Positions 8,251-17,058 of a stretch of 64,000 nt of DNA are shown here, piece by piece. The notes below the pieces were generated by a model, which was not told the DNA's origin, did no database searches, and saw nothing but the letters and a program-made list of their open reading frames with translations. Origin of the DNA: Eubacteriales bacterium. Lineage in GTDB: Bacteria > Bacillota > Clostridia > Oscillospirales > CAG-382. Where the stretch lies: the NCBI GenBank assembly GCA_045636285.1, contig JAZTXJ010000093.1, forward strand, positions 1,127 through 65,126. The letters run 5' to 3'. Position 1 is the first letter of the stretch; the number at the start of each line of letters is the position of its first letter. The translations under genes and the position numbers were made by a program.

Positions 8251-10686
8251 ATGAAAAAAGGCATCTTATGTATTCTGCTGTCTCTTCTTTTGCTTGCACC
8301 GATGTTTGCATCCTGTCAACAAGAAGCAGACTTCTCCGAAACGGAAGCTCGTATTTACACTCTTTACACTATCGTTGAAGAATCTACGACTCCCGAAGCA
8401 ATCAAGCAAGTAGAGCTCTCTCTCAACAGAATTTTATTCTATCGCTTAGGCGTAATCCTCAAGCTCGAAATGGTTACCGAAGAACAGTACGACAAGCTTA
8501 TCGAAGATAAGTTTGCCGAAATGGAAGCGTACCAGCTCGAAAAGAAGAACAAGAAAAAGGAAACCTCTTCCGCGGCTTCCGGCGACGAAACCTCCGTTGA
8601 TATTATCTCCGGTGATGACGTTCTCGATATCCTCGAAGAAGGCGGAGATATTCCTCTCGATGAACCGAGATTGGACATCTTCCTCGTACAGGGCTACGAT
8701 AACTACTACGAACTTGCAACAGGTGGCAAGCTCGCAGATATCGATACTCAGTTAAACAACGAAGCGAAGGCTCTTAAATCTTCTATTCACTCTACCCTCT
8801 TCACTGCGGCAAAGGTGAACAAGAAGACCTACGGCGTACCCGTTAACAACGCTATCGGCGAATACACCTATCTCGTATTCGACAAAGAGCTTCTTTCCAA
8901 ATACGGCAAGGACCCCAACACCCTTAAAACCGTTGAAGACCTTCAGGATTATTTGGCAGAAATCGAACAGAACGAACCCGACGTTGTTCCCTTGAAGGGC
9001 GCAAAGATCGCTACCGACCTCAGCTTCCTCAGCAACGAAGGCTTCCCTGCTTTGATCAATAATAACGGCGAAGTTATCGATGCTTATAAGAACAGCAGAT
9101 TTACCAGCTACTTCGCAATGCTCGCAAGATATCAGGCTTTGAACTATCTTGCAGACGGCGCTTCTACCGAAGAAGATGAAAACGCACGTTATGCTGTAAG
9201 AATTGAAACCGGCAACATCGATTCCATCTCCGCTAACCTTAAGGATACCGGTTACGAATACGATTTCAGCCTCTATTCTGCACCCTTGGCAACCAACGAA
9301 ACCACTATTGATAACATTTTCTGTGTTTCCAAATATGTAGTTGCAGACGAACTCACCGACGTTATGAAGATCTTGGCTACCATCAATACCGATGCGCCTC
9401 TTATGAACCTTCTTACCTACGGTGTTGAAAACGAAAACTACGTACTCGATGACGAAGGTCAGGTTGAACGTCTTAACGACAGCTACATCATCGACCCCAA
9501 CCACGCAGGCAACTGCTTTATCACCTACACTCTTAAGGGCGAAAACCCCGAAAAGTGGAACAACGATATCAAGCAGAATCAGGACGCTATCGTTTCTCCT
9601 TCTCTCGGCTTCACTTCTTCGCTTACCAAGTTCACCTATAAAGAAAAGGTAGAAGTTGAAGATCCCGAAAATCCCGGTCAAATGATCGAACAGGAAAAAG
9701 AAGTTGATGTTTACGAACCCGATTACGTTCAGATCATCAACACCGTCGTTGATAAATACTACCCCGCTCTCTTGAACGGTACCGCAATCGAATTCGATTA
9801 CGAAGCATTCTTGAACCAGGCTACCGCAGAAATCACCGAAGATTTCGTATACAGACTTGATGAAACCTTCGAAGAAAACTTCCTCAAGCCCATGTTCGCG
9901 GAACGTATGCGCGATCAGATCACCAAAACAAAGGGTCCGCAGATTTACAAAGAAACCGCTGAAGAAATCACCGAAGAATACTACGGCCGTGTAGAAAACA
10001 ACCTCAAGAACAAGCTCAAATCTCAGTTCAAGGCTGAAGATCCCGAAGCTTCCGACGAAGATATCAACGCAAAGGTTGAAGAAACTCTTACCGAAGATTA
10101 TATTGAAGAACATTTCACCGATTACTTCACCAAAGAAGAAATGAATGAAATGATCGAAGAAATCTATCAGAGCAACCTCGAAAGCGAAATCGAAGACGCT
10201 ATCGACGAAATCTCCGACAGCGCTGAATACGACAGAGAATTCGCAAAGCTCAAGAATTCCGACGAATATCAGACAAGACTCGCAGATATGCTCAAATTCG
10301 ACGCTCCTCCCAAGATTCAGGCAAGAGTCGATGAATTTATCGCAGAAGCGCTTGTTGCTTATACCGATAATATGATCGCGGAAATGAACGTTGAAATCGA
10401 AACCGCTATCAACGCATTTATCGAAGAAAATGCCGAAAAGCTTGGCAAGACTCGCGACGAAATGCTCTTCGATATGGGTTATCTCGAAGAAGATAAGCCC
10501 GCCGAAGGCGAAGAAGGCGCAGAAGGCGAAACCTCCACCGAAGACGCTGAAGGCGCCGAAGGCGAAGAAGGCGAAGGCGAAGCCGAAATCACCTACAAGC
10601 AGGTTTATGAAACTTGGTACGATTTTGTTTTCGCAGTAAAGCTCCAGAAGGTTTATTACAGCCTCTATCCCCTTCCCACAACCTGA
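8251..10686 (+). CDS. Lipoprotein with a solute-binding-protein-like N-terminal part and a long acidic helical C-terminal extension
   Basis: Signal peptide with lipobox 'MFASC'. The central region 'KKTYGVPVNNAIGEYTYLVFDKELLSKYGKDPNTLKTVEDLQDYL' resembles family-1 extracellular SBPs. The last ~300 aa are E/D-rich and end in an (E-G-E/A) low-complexity run. Confidence 0.65.
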   Translation: MKKGILCILLSLLLLAPMFASCQQEADFSETEARIYTLYTIVEESTTPEAIKQVELSLNRILFYRLGVILKLEMVTEEQYDKLIEDKFAEMEAYQLEKKNKKKETSSAASGDETSVDIISGDDVLDILEEGGDIPLDEPRLDIFLVQGYDNYYELATGGKLADIDTQLNNEAKALKSSIHSTLFTAAKVNKKTYGVPVNNAIGEYTYLVFDKELLSKYGKDPNTLKTVEDLQDYLAEIEQNEPDVVPLKGAKIATDLSFLSNEGFPALINNNGEVIDAYKNSRFTSYFAMLARYQALNYLADGASTEEDENARYAVRIETGNIDSISANLKDTGYEYDFSLYSAPLATNETTIDNIFCVSKYVVADELTDVMKILATINTDAPLMNLLTYGVENENYVLDDEGQVERLNDSYIIDPNHAGNCFITYTLKGENPEKWNNDIKQNQDAIVSPSLGFTSSLTKFTYKEKVEVEDPENPGQMIEQEKEVDVYEPDYVQIINTVVDKYYPALLNGTAIEFDYEAFLNQATAEITEDFVYRLDETFEENFLKPMFAERMRDQITKTKGPQIYKETAEEITEEYYGRVENNLKNKLKSQFKAEDPEASDEDINAKVEETLTEDYIEEHFTDYFTKEEMNEMIEEIYQSNLESEIEDAIDEISDSAEYDREFAKLKNSDEYQTRLADMLKFDAPPKIQARVDEFIAEALVAYTDNMIAEMNVEIETAINAFIEENAEKLGKTRDEMLFDMGYLEEDKPAEGEEGAEGETSTEDAEGAEGEEGEGEAEITYKQVYETWYDFVFAVKLQKVYYSLYPLPTT

Positions 10687-10698
10687 TTAGCATAATTT

Positions 10699-10727
10699 AA
10701 AGAGCCGCATTAGCGGCTCTTTTTTTA
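10699..10727 (+). terminator. Intrinsic terminator
   Basis: AGAGCCGC (10701-10708) pairs with GCGGCTCT (10713-10720), followed by TTTTTT. Confidence 0.8.
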
Positions 10728-11834
10728 TTTTAATTTCTCTGCGCGTTCAAATAGCTTATTAAAACGTTCATCGTTCCTGATAGATTCAAAAGCGTTCCAA
10801 TTCAATGCCTTTAATATACGACCTTTAAAAGACCCTTTTGGGATTCTGTTGTTGTCATAGGGCGGCATTGCATTCGGGTAAAGAATACATCCGGTTTCGA
10901 AATTCTTCCCGTATTGTTTTTCGTATTCTTCTGCAAGTCGTATCATTTCTTCGATATGCATAAAAGCATCTTCCACAGCACCTATTCTCGAACAGTGTGC
11001 CGCCAACTGACGATTTGCGTTGATCAACTCACCCGATAAGGGCAACGGGAACATATTATCGTTATACAAGAAATGTATAAGGTCATATTCGAGCTTAAAG
11101 AGCTTCATCGAATATGAATTATCGTCGGTTAGTTTCCAATTACAGTATGCCGAGCATTCTATATCGTAGCACAGCCACCTTAAAGCGTCGGATATTGATT
11201 CACGGTACTGTTCCAACGCTTCCGACCATTTATTTTCACGCTGCCTTAAATCCCCTAGCATTCTTGATTTGCCGTATCTGCAATACGGCAGATGATTAAT
11301 TTCGCCTTCGGCTTTTTCGTATTCTTCTACACACATATACACTTGTGCCATAATTCCGTGCGAGAAGGTATAATCTTCGCCTTTTCTTTCGCCGACTTTT
11401 CGCATATTTTCAGAATAACGCTCTGCCGCTTTAATATAGTCCTCACGTTCTTCTGCGCTCATTCCTTTGCCTTTTAATTTCAAAATAGCATAAACACATT
11501 GAATCAATCGCGCGTATACGTCGGCACTGTGAGGATAGAGCTTTAGCATTTCCAAATACTTTTTATACTTTTCTTCTGCGGTGATTTTAGAAACACTCGT
11601 TTCGTATAACTCATCATTAATTTCTTCGCAATCCTTATAATTGTTCCCCAACAATTCATCGGTAGTTATACCAAACAGGCGAGATATTGGCACCAACAGG
11701 GTGATATCGGGCATTGCGTTACCCGTTTCCCATTTCGAAACCGCCTGCGAAGTAACGTTAAGTATCGCCGCAATTTCTTCCTGCGTGTAAGAGCAGCTTT
11801 TTCTATGAAACTTAAAAATTTCCGAAAACGTCAT
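10725..11834 (-). CDS. XRE-family HTH regulator with a TPR-like C-terminal domain (paralog of 2552-3709)
   Basis: 'YTQEEIAAILNVTSQAVSKWETGNAMPDITLLVPISRLFGITTDELLG'. The start is set at ATG 11834 (AGGAGA RBS). The ORF-track start at 11972 adds 46 non-homologous residues across the promoter. Confidence 0.85.
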   Translation of the reverse strand: MTFSEIFKFHRKSCSYTQEEIAAILNVTSQAVSKWETGNAMPDITLLVPISRLFGITTDELLGNNYKDCEEINDELYETSVSKITAEEKYKKYLEMLKLYPHSADVYARLIQCVYAILKLKGKGMSAEEREDYIKAAERYSENMRKVGERKGEDYTFSHGIMAQVYMCVEEYEKAEGEINHLPYCRYGKSRMLGDLRQRENKWSEALEQYRESISDALRWLCYDIECSAYCNWKLTDDNSYSMKLFKLEYDLIHFLYNDNMFPLPLSGELINANRQLAAHCSRIGAVEDAFMHIEEMIRLAEEYEKQYGKNFETGCILYPNAMPPYDNNRIPKGSFKGRILKALNWNAFESIRNDERFNKLFERAEKLK

Positions 11835-11864
11835 AATAATTCTCCTTTGAATAATGTCAAGATT

Positions 11865-11893
11865 ATTATAGCGAGCATAAATACAAAATTCAA
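11865..11893 (-). promoter_or_regulatory. Sigma-70 type promoter for the XRE-TPR regulator
   Basis: On the minus strand: TTGAAT, 17 nt, TATAAT. Confidence 0.5.
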
Positions 11894-11937
11894 GCGAGTA
11901 TATTTTTACAAAAGGACAACCGTAGGTTGAAAAAAGA

Positions 11938-11974
11938 GCCGATATGTCAAACACATCGGCTCTTAAAAGCATTA
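11938..11974 (-). terminator. Intrinsic terminator after the CofE-like gene
   Basis: On the minus strand: AAGAGCCGAT...ATCGGCTCTT followed by TTTTTT, immediately after the stop at 11975. Confidence 0.75.
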
Positions 11975-13168
11975 TTATGCAGTATAGTTATCAAAATAAC
12001 CCTGAATCCAAACGATAGGCGTGCCCTTATCGCCACTGCCGGAGGTAAGGTCGCACAGCGAACCGATAAGGTCGGTAAGTCTGCGAGGAGTAGTACCCTG
12101 AGAAACCATCTGACCTACAAGATCGCCGTCCTTCTTGCGAATATATTCGCTGATTGCATCCTTCAATTCTTTACCCGAAAGATGTTTAAAGTCATTATCG
12201 GCAAGATACTTAAGCTTAACTTCGTTGGGCTGACCTTCAAGGCCTTTGGTATAAGCGGGAGAAACAACAGGGTCTGCAAGCTCCCAAATCTTTCCTACGG
12301 GATCCTTGAACGCACCGTCGCCGTATACCATCACTTCGACGTTTTTGCCGGTCTTTTCGAGAAGAGTGTTTGCAATGCTGTCTACAACAGACTGACATTC
12401 ACGAGGGAAAAGCTTAACGGTATCTTCGGTAGCCTTGTTACTGCCGAGCAAACCATAATTTTCGTTATAACCGGAACCGTTAACGGAAGCGGTAAGAATT
12501 TCATCAAGACCGAAAACGCGCTTTGCGCCTGCAGCTTTAAGCAAACGCTTGCTGCGTACGCGGGTGTGAATATCGCAGGTAAGAACACAGTCGGTATAAT
12601 CGAGAACCTTGCGGCAATCGTTAGCAAGAATGATTTCTGCTTCGCAACCCTGAGATTCGATAAGATTGCGGTAGTATTCAATATAATCAACACCGGTGAA
12701 GGGATGCTTTACAATACCGAAAAGCTCACGGTACTTAGCTTCGGTAAGTACGTCGGTCCAGGGATTAACGCCTGCAGCATCAAGCGAATCGAAATCGATA
12801 AGATGATTACCGACTTCATCGGAAGGATAAGAAAGCATAAGAACGATCTTCTTTGCACCGCGTGCAATACCCTTAAGGCAAATTGCAAAACGGTTACGCG
12901 AAAGTATAGGGAAAATTACGCCGAAGGTTCCTTCGGGGAATTTATTTCTGATATCTTCAGCAATGTGATCCACAGAAGCATAGTTACCCTGAGCACGAGC
13001 AACAACCGCTTCGGTTACGGCAACAACGTCACGATCTCTGATTTCGATATTTTCGCTTTCTGCAGCGGCAAGAACGCTTTCTGCAACGATAGCGGCAATA
13101 TCATCGCCCTGACGGATAATAGGTGCTCTAACACCGCGTGAAACTGTGCCAATAAGTCTTTCATCCAT
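11975..13168 (-). CDS. CofE / F420-0:gamma-glutamyl ligase-family protein (function unknown here)
   Basis: N-terminus 'GVRAPIIRQGDDIAAIVAESV...IRDRDVVAVTEAVVARAQGN' resembles the CofE-family fold. At 397 aa it is longer than canonical CofE. GGAGG RBS. Confidence 0.5.
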   Translation of the reverse strand: MDERLIGTVSRGVRAPIIRQGDDIAAIVAESVLAAAESENIEIRDRDVVAVTEAVVARAQGNYASVDHIAEDIRNKFPEGTFGVIFPILSRNRFAICLKGIARGAKKIVLMLSYPSDEVGNHLIDFDSLDAAGVNPWTDVLTEAKYRELFGIVKHPFTGVDYIEYYRNLIESQGCEAEIILANDCRKVLDYTDCVLTCDIHTRVRSKRLLKAAGAKRVFGLDEILTASVNGSGYNENYGLLGSNKATEDTVKLFPRECQSVVDSIANTLLEKTGKNVEVMVYGDGAFKDPVGKIWELADPVVSPAYTKGLEGQPNEVKLKYLADNDFKHLSGKELKDAISEYIRKKDGDLVGQMVSQGTTPRRLTDLIGSLCDLTSGSGDKGTPIVWIQGYFDNYTA

Positions 13169-13192
13169 TTTAAATTACCTCCAAAAATGGTA

Positions 13193-13221
13193 TTGACATT
13201 TTACCTCTACTATTATATTAT
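13193..13221 (+). promoter_or_regulatory. Sigma-70 type promoter for the LysR gene
   Basis: TTGACA (13193-13198), 17 nt, TATTAT (13216-13221). Confidence 0.5.
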
Positions 13222-13275
13222 ATTCCTATACATAAGTCAAACAATTATTAATAATGTTATATATAAGGTGTTCTT

Positions 13276-14166
13276 ATGAATGTCAAGCTCGAACAATACA
13301 AAGTGTTTTATACTGCCGCGATATGCGGAAGCTTTTCCGAAGCGGCGAAGCAATTATTTATAACACAAAGTGCAGTAAGCCAGCAAATCCGTTCGCTCGA
13401 AGAAGAACTAGGTGTAACCTTGTTCGCCCGCGGACGAAAGGGTGCAAAGCTTACCGCCTATGGCGAACTTCTGTTTAGCTATGCACGACGCTCTATCGAA
13501 GAAATAGAAAACGCAGAAAGCCTGTTTTCGAGAATGAAGACGCTTGATGAAGGAAGCCTTCGCATTGGCGCGGGCGATACTATTACAAGGCATTTTCTGC
13601 TCAATAAGCTTGCGCGATTCCATAGCACATACCCCGGTATAAAAATAGAAATCGTGAACAGAGTTACAGAAGAAACCTTATCACGTTTGTATGCAGGTAA
13701 AGTCGATATAGCCTTTATTTCACTTCCGATTGACAGCTCGAAATACAACGGCATAACAATACGCAAAACAGGAACTCTGCACGATATTTTTATTGCAGGC
13801 GATAAATACGCACACCTTAAAGACGAAAAGCTCACCATGAAACAGATATCCGAGCTTCCTTTGGTTATGCTCGAGCCCAAATCCAACACGCGTAAAACCA
13901 CCGATGAATATTTTTCGAAATTCGGAATAAAGCTTAACCCTGAATTTGAATTGGGTTCTCACGATCTTCTTGTAGATTTCGCGAGCAAAAATCTCGGTAT
14001 AGCTTGTATTACCGAGGAATTTTCGGGTGATCTGACAAACTGCAACGTATTTAGGCTGAATACCGATTTCTCGCTTCCCGAACGAAGCATCGGTATCTGT
14101 ACTCTCGACAGCGTTTCCCCGCCGCCTACGGTAATAAAGCTTATCGAAATGATAAATATTGAATAA
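13276..14166 (+). CDS. LysR-family transcriptional regulator
   Basis: 'LEQYKVFYTAAICGSFSEAAKQLFITQSAVSQQIRSLEEELGVTLF' is the LysR wHTH. 296 aa with a substrate-binding domain. Confidence 0.92.
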   Translation: MNVKLEQYKVFYTAAICGSFSEAAKQLFITQSAVSQQIRSLEEELGVTLFARGRKGAKLTAYGELLFSYARRSIEEIENAESLFSRMKTLDEGSLRIGAGDTITRHFLLNKLARFHSTYPGIKIEIVNRVTEETLSRLYAGKVDIAFISLPIDSSKYNGITIRKTGTLHDIFIAGDKYAHLKDEKLTMKQISELPLVMLEPKSNTRKTTDEYFSKFGIKLNPEFELGSHDLLVDFASKNLGIACITEEFSGDLTNCNVFRLNTDFSLPERSIGICTLDSVSPPPTVIKLIEMINIE

Positions 14167-14169
14167 CAT

Positions 14170-14202
14170 AATCAAAGAGCGCACGTTGTGCGCTCTTTGA
14201 TT
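14170..14202. terminator. Strong 15-bp hairpin between convergent genes
   Basis: AATCAAAGAGCGCAC pairs with GTGCGCTCTTTGATT. There is no clean external T-run, so terminator function is inferred. Confidence 0.55.
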
Positions 14203-14304
14203 AAAGGGGTTGGGGTATATTATGATTCATCACCGAAAGGGGGACGGTGATGCGAAGCAATCGTTTCTTCCCTACCATTATACTCCCTTCCCTTAAATAA
14301 ATCT

Positions 14305-15363
14305 TTATAATAGCTTAAAATAGTTAATCAGCGCAGTCGCGGCGGTTTGAGCCGTTTCCTCCGGCATCCAGAAAAATTCTTCAACAATTTTTAACGCCAA
14401 AACAACAAGATAGAATATCGCCACAGCCAAAAGTATTTTGGGTATAAGCATAATCTGGCGACGGTGCTTGCGCTGTTCTTCATAGGCAATGTTCTTCATC
14501 GCCTTTTCGTATTCCTGAATCTTCTTTTCGTTTTCTTCCTCGGATTCAAGATATTTATTTTGCTTGAACTTGGATTTATCGTGCAGTACGCGTTCCTGAG
14601 GATCGTTTATCATTGTGGTTCTTGTCTGTTCAAGCACTTCGGAGCTGACAGATTTTTCCTGCCACTCTTTTTCTCTTCCGCACTTTTCGCAAACGTCGCT
14701 CGAATTGGGATTCTTGTTTCCGCAACAGCAAAGCCATACGGTTTTACCAAATTGAGGGATAACCTTTGTGGGAAATTTCTCTTCTGCGGATTTGTATATA
14801 TTCACGCGAGTGTAAACGATTTTACTGATATTATCCAATTCGGAATATCGTTTGCTGTTACCTGCAACGAGTGTATTCAGCTGAACAACGTCCCCACCCG
14901 CATATTCTGCAGAAAGCAAAATAACTTCCATCTTTGTGAAATAGCTTTCGGGCAAAGGAATATAAACGCACGAACCAAAGGTTTCGCTCTTTTCGATCGC
15001 AACGCGCTCATTCGATTCCTTTAATTTAAGATTAACGTCATCCTTCGCTATTATGCCGAAGGTGAGATCATCGTGCGAATAGGTGAAATCAATATTGGTA
15101 TACGGTATATTTTGATTCAAATAACATGCAATACGTATTGTCAGCTTACGCAACGGACGCTCCGATACGTTTTTGAAAATAAAAGATGCAAAAACGTCGT
15201 ATGTATCCATATCGGAAACTATATAGCCCTCGTCCAATTCAACAGGACTATCCGGCAATATAAACGGATACTCGAGATATTTTACTACTCGCAAAGAACG
15301 CATACGATCGTACTTTTGCTTTTTGATTTTTTCTTTCATTTCTTTTTTAGAGGCAGCACACAT
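14305..15363 (-). CDS. Hypothetical membrane-anchored protein with an internal zinc ribbon
   Basis: 'WLCCCGNKNPNSSDVCEKCGREK' (CxxC...CxxC-like ribbon), a K/E-rich coiled region, and a C-terminal TM 'IMLIPKILLAVAIFYLVVLALKI'. I recognise no family. Confidence 0.6.
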   Translation of the reverse strand: MCAASKKEMKEKIKKQKYDRMRSLRVVKYLEYPFILPDSPVELDEGYIVSDMDTYDVFASFIFKNVSERPLRKLTIRIACYLNQNIPYTNIDFTYSHDDLTFGIIAKDDVNLKLKESNERVAIEKSETFGSCVYIPLPESYFTKMEVILLSAEYAGGDVVQLNTLVAGNSKRYSELDNISKIVYTRVNIYKSAEEKFPTKVIPQFGKTVWLCCCGNKNPNSSDVCEKCGREKEWQEKSVSSEVLEQTRTTMINDPQERVLHDKSKFKQNKYLESEEENEKKIQEYEKAMKNIAYEEQRKHRRQIMLIPKILLAVAIFYLVVLALKIVEEFFWMPEETAQTAATALINYFKLL

Positions 15364-15402
15364 CTTAACAGAATCCCTTCAAAAAAGCGTTTTTAACAAA
15401 AA

Positions 15403-16206
15403 TCAGAATTCAAAATAATGCTCGATATCCGCAAGCGTTCCTTTACGGGTATAGGCATCCACTGTTTCGAATCGCGTATTATCGGGGTTGCGAAGATTGC
15501 ACCCCTGAGCATATTCGATTCTCTTATAAGAAACGGTTAATTCAAGCGGTTCTTCAATCGTATATACCTTCATTTTATCAAGCTCTTCGACCGCTTTCGT
15601 AACCTCTGCATAAATCTCTTCGCATACAGCGGCAGGATGCTTGCTTATACAGCTGTTCCACGCAAGCGCTTGCTTCGTAACGACCGTTTTTGCCCACGGG
15701 AATGTTTCTTTCGCCTGTGCGACACAAATATCGTCCGATGAAACAAAAATGGTTTTAACGCCTCTCTTGCCTGCGATAGCGGCATCTATTTGCAGTTCTC
15801 CCACTTCTTTGCCGTTTATTATATGAGAAGTAAACGTAGAAGAAGAATAAACGTGAGAAAGCGTTGCATTTGCGGCATCAAAAGCATGATAACCTATAAA
15901 AAGCACGCCGTCGAAGCTGTTATCCACACCGGGAAACCTCTTTCTGCTTCCTGCACCAAGAATAAACCTGCATCTTTTATCAAAAGCAGTATAATCAAGA
16001 TTCAGTCCCGTACCATGACAATCCCAAATCCATACCTCTTCGGCACCGCTGTCGAACAATGCGTTCGCCGCGGCAGAAGCTTCTCGCGCGCCTTGCTGAG
16101 CAGCGAAAGCATAGTTTTTGCTTCCGTCGGCAAGTCCTTGACCGTAACTGCCTATAACGCATGCAAGCCCTTCAAGATCTACACTGATACAATATTTTCT
16201 GCCCAT
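15403..16206 (-). CDS. M55-family D-aminopeptidase (DppA-like)
   Basis: 'YCISVDLEGLACV' at the N-terminus and 'IGYHA' are typical of the DppA/M55 family. 267 aa. Confidence 0.7.
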   Translation of the reverse strand: MGRKYCISVDLEGLACVIGSYGQGLADGSKNYAFAAQQGAREASAAANALFDSGAEEVWIWDCHGTGLNLDYTAFDKRCRFILGAGSRKRFPGVDNSFDGVLFIGYHAFDAANATLSHVYSSSTFTSHIINGKEVGELQIDAAIAGKRGVKTIFVSSDDICVAQAKETFPWAKTVVTKQALAWNSCISKHPAAVCEEIYAEVTKAVEELDKMKVYTIEEPLELTVSYKRIEYAQGCNLRNPDNTRFETVDAYTRKGTLADIEHYFEF

Positions 16207-16278
16207 AAATTGAACCGCCTATTGAAAAAATATGATTTATAAGTATAATATAATAAAAGTACACGAAAGGAAACTGTT

Positions 16279-17058
16279 ATGAATAAGTCAGAATTAAAAA
16301 GAATCAACCTTTTTGTTCTTGATATGGATGGCACGATATATCTTGGAGAAAAGATTCTCCCCGGTGCAATCGAGTTTGTCCATACCGCAAGAAAGATGGG
16401 TAAAAAAGTCGTGTTTTTCACAAATAACGCTTCCAAAAACCCGAACAACTATGTTGAAAAGCTCAACCGTATGGGATTCGGCGCAACGCGTGAAGACGTT
16501 GTAACCGCCGGAGACGTTACAATAGAGTACTTAAAGCAAAACAAGCCCGGTCAGCCCGTATATCTCGTCGGCACGCCCGCATTGCACAAATCGTTTGAAG
16601 AAGCAGGAATCGAAATAAGCGAAAACGCAAATATTGTAGTAAGCTCCTTCGATACAACGCTTACCTATGAAAAGCTTGTTATTTCATGCGATCTTATAAG
16701 AAACGGCGCCGAATTCTATTGCACGCATCCCGACTACAACTGTCCCACCGAAAACGGATTCATTCCTGACAGCGGAGCTATTGCGGCATTGATAACAGCC
16801 TCTACAAACAAAACCCCGAAATATTTCGGCAAGCCCCATAAGGAAACCGCTGATATGATTTCAAATCTCTTCGGTGTTCCGTTTAGCGAAACCGCTATTG
16901 TCGGAGATCGCCTTTATACCGATATCGCACTCGGCAAAAACAACGGTCTTATGTCCGTTCTGGTTTTAAGCGGCGAGACAAAGATCGAAGACGTCAACGA
17001 TGATAACGCACCCGATATTATCTTAAACGGTATCGGTGAAATTATTGATTACCTTTAA
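16279..17058 (+). CDS. HAD-IIA family hydrolase (NagD-like sugar phosphatase)
   Basis: 'FVLDMDGTIYLG' (motif I), 'FFTNNASK' (motif II), 'VGDRLYTDI' (motif IV). Confidence 0.85.
   Translation: MNKSELKRINLFVLDMDGTIYLGEKILPGAIEFVHTARKMGKKVVFFTNNASKNPNNYVEKLNRMGFGATREDVVTAGDVTIEYLKQNKPGQPVYLVGTPALHKSFEEAGIEISENANIVVSSFDTTLTYEKLVISCDLIRNGAEFYCTHPDYNCPTENGFIPDSGAIAALITASTNKTPKYFGKPHKETADMISNLFGVPFSETAIVGDRLYTDIALGKNNGLMSVLVLSGETKIEDVNDDNAPDIILNGIGEIIDYL

Noticed and set aside
8752-10113. A 453-aa minus-strand ORF inside the lipoprotein gene.
   Set aside because: It is an antisense shadow of the GAA/GAT/AAG-rich sense frame. The translation is F/V/G-rich low complexity, it has no RBS, and the sense gene has a promoter, signal peptide and terminator.
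10480-10600. A short tandem GAAGGCG-type repeat, considered as a possible CRISPR array or satellite.
   Set aside because: It lies in-frame inside the lipoprotein CDS and encodes an E/G/A low-complexity tail. There are no spacers and no repeat-spacer periodicity.
11835-11972. A 46-codon N-terminal extension of the second XRE-TPR regulator ORF.
   Set aside because: The extension crosses the gene's own promoter and the neighbour's terminator. The HTH starts right after ATG 11834, which has an AGGAGA RBS.
11927-13141. A 404-aa plus-strand ORF opposite the CofE-like gene.
   Set aside because: It is an antisense shadow with no motif and no RBS. The minus-strand gene has a GGAGG RBS, recognisable family similarity and a terminator.
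14225-14299. A 24-codon mini-ORF (MIHHRKGDGDAKQSFLPYHYTPFP) in the 14.2-kb spacer.
   Set aside because: It has a weak RBS context and lies between two convergent gene ends. There is no supporting evidence beyond an open frame.
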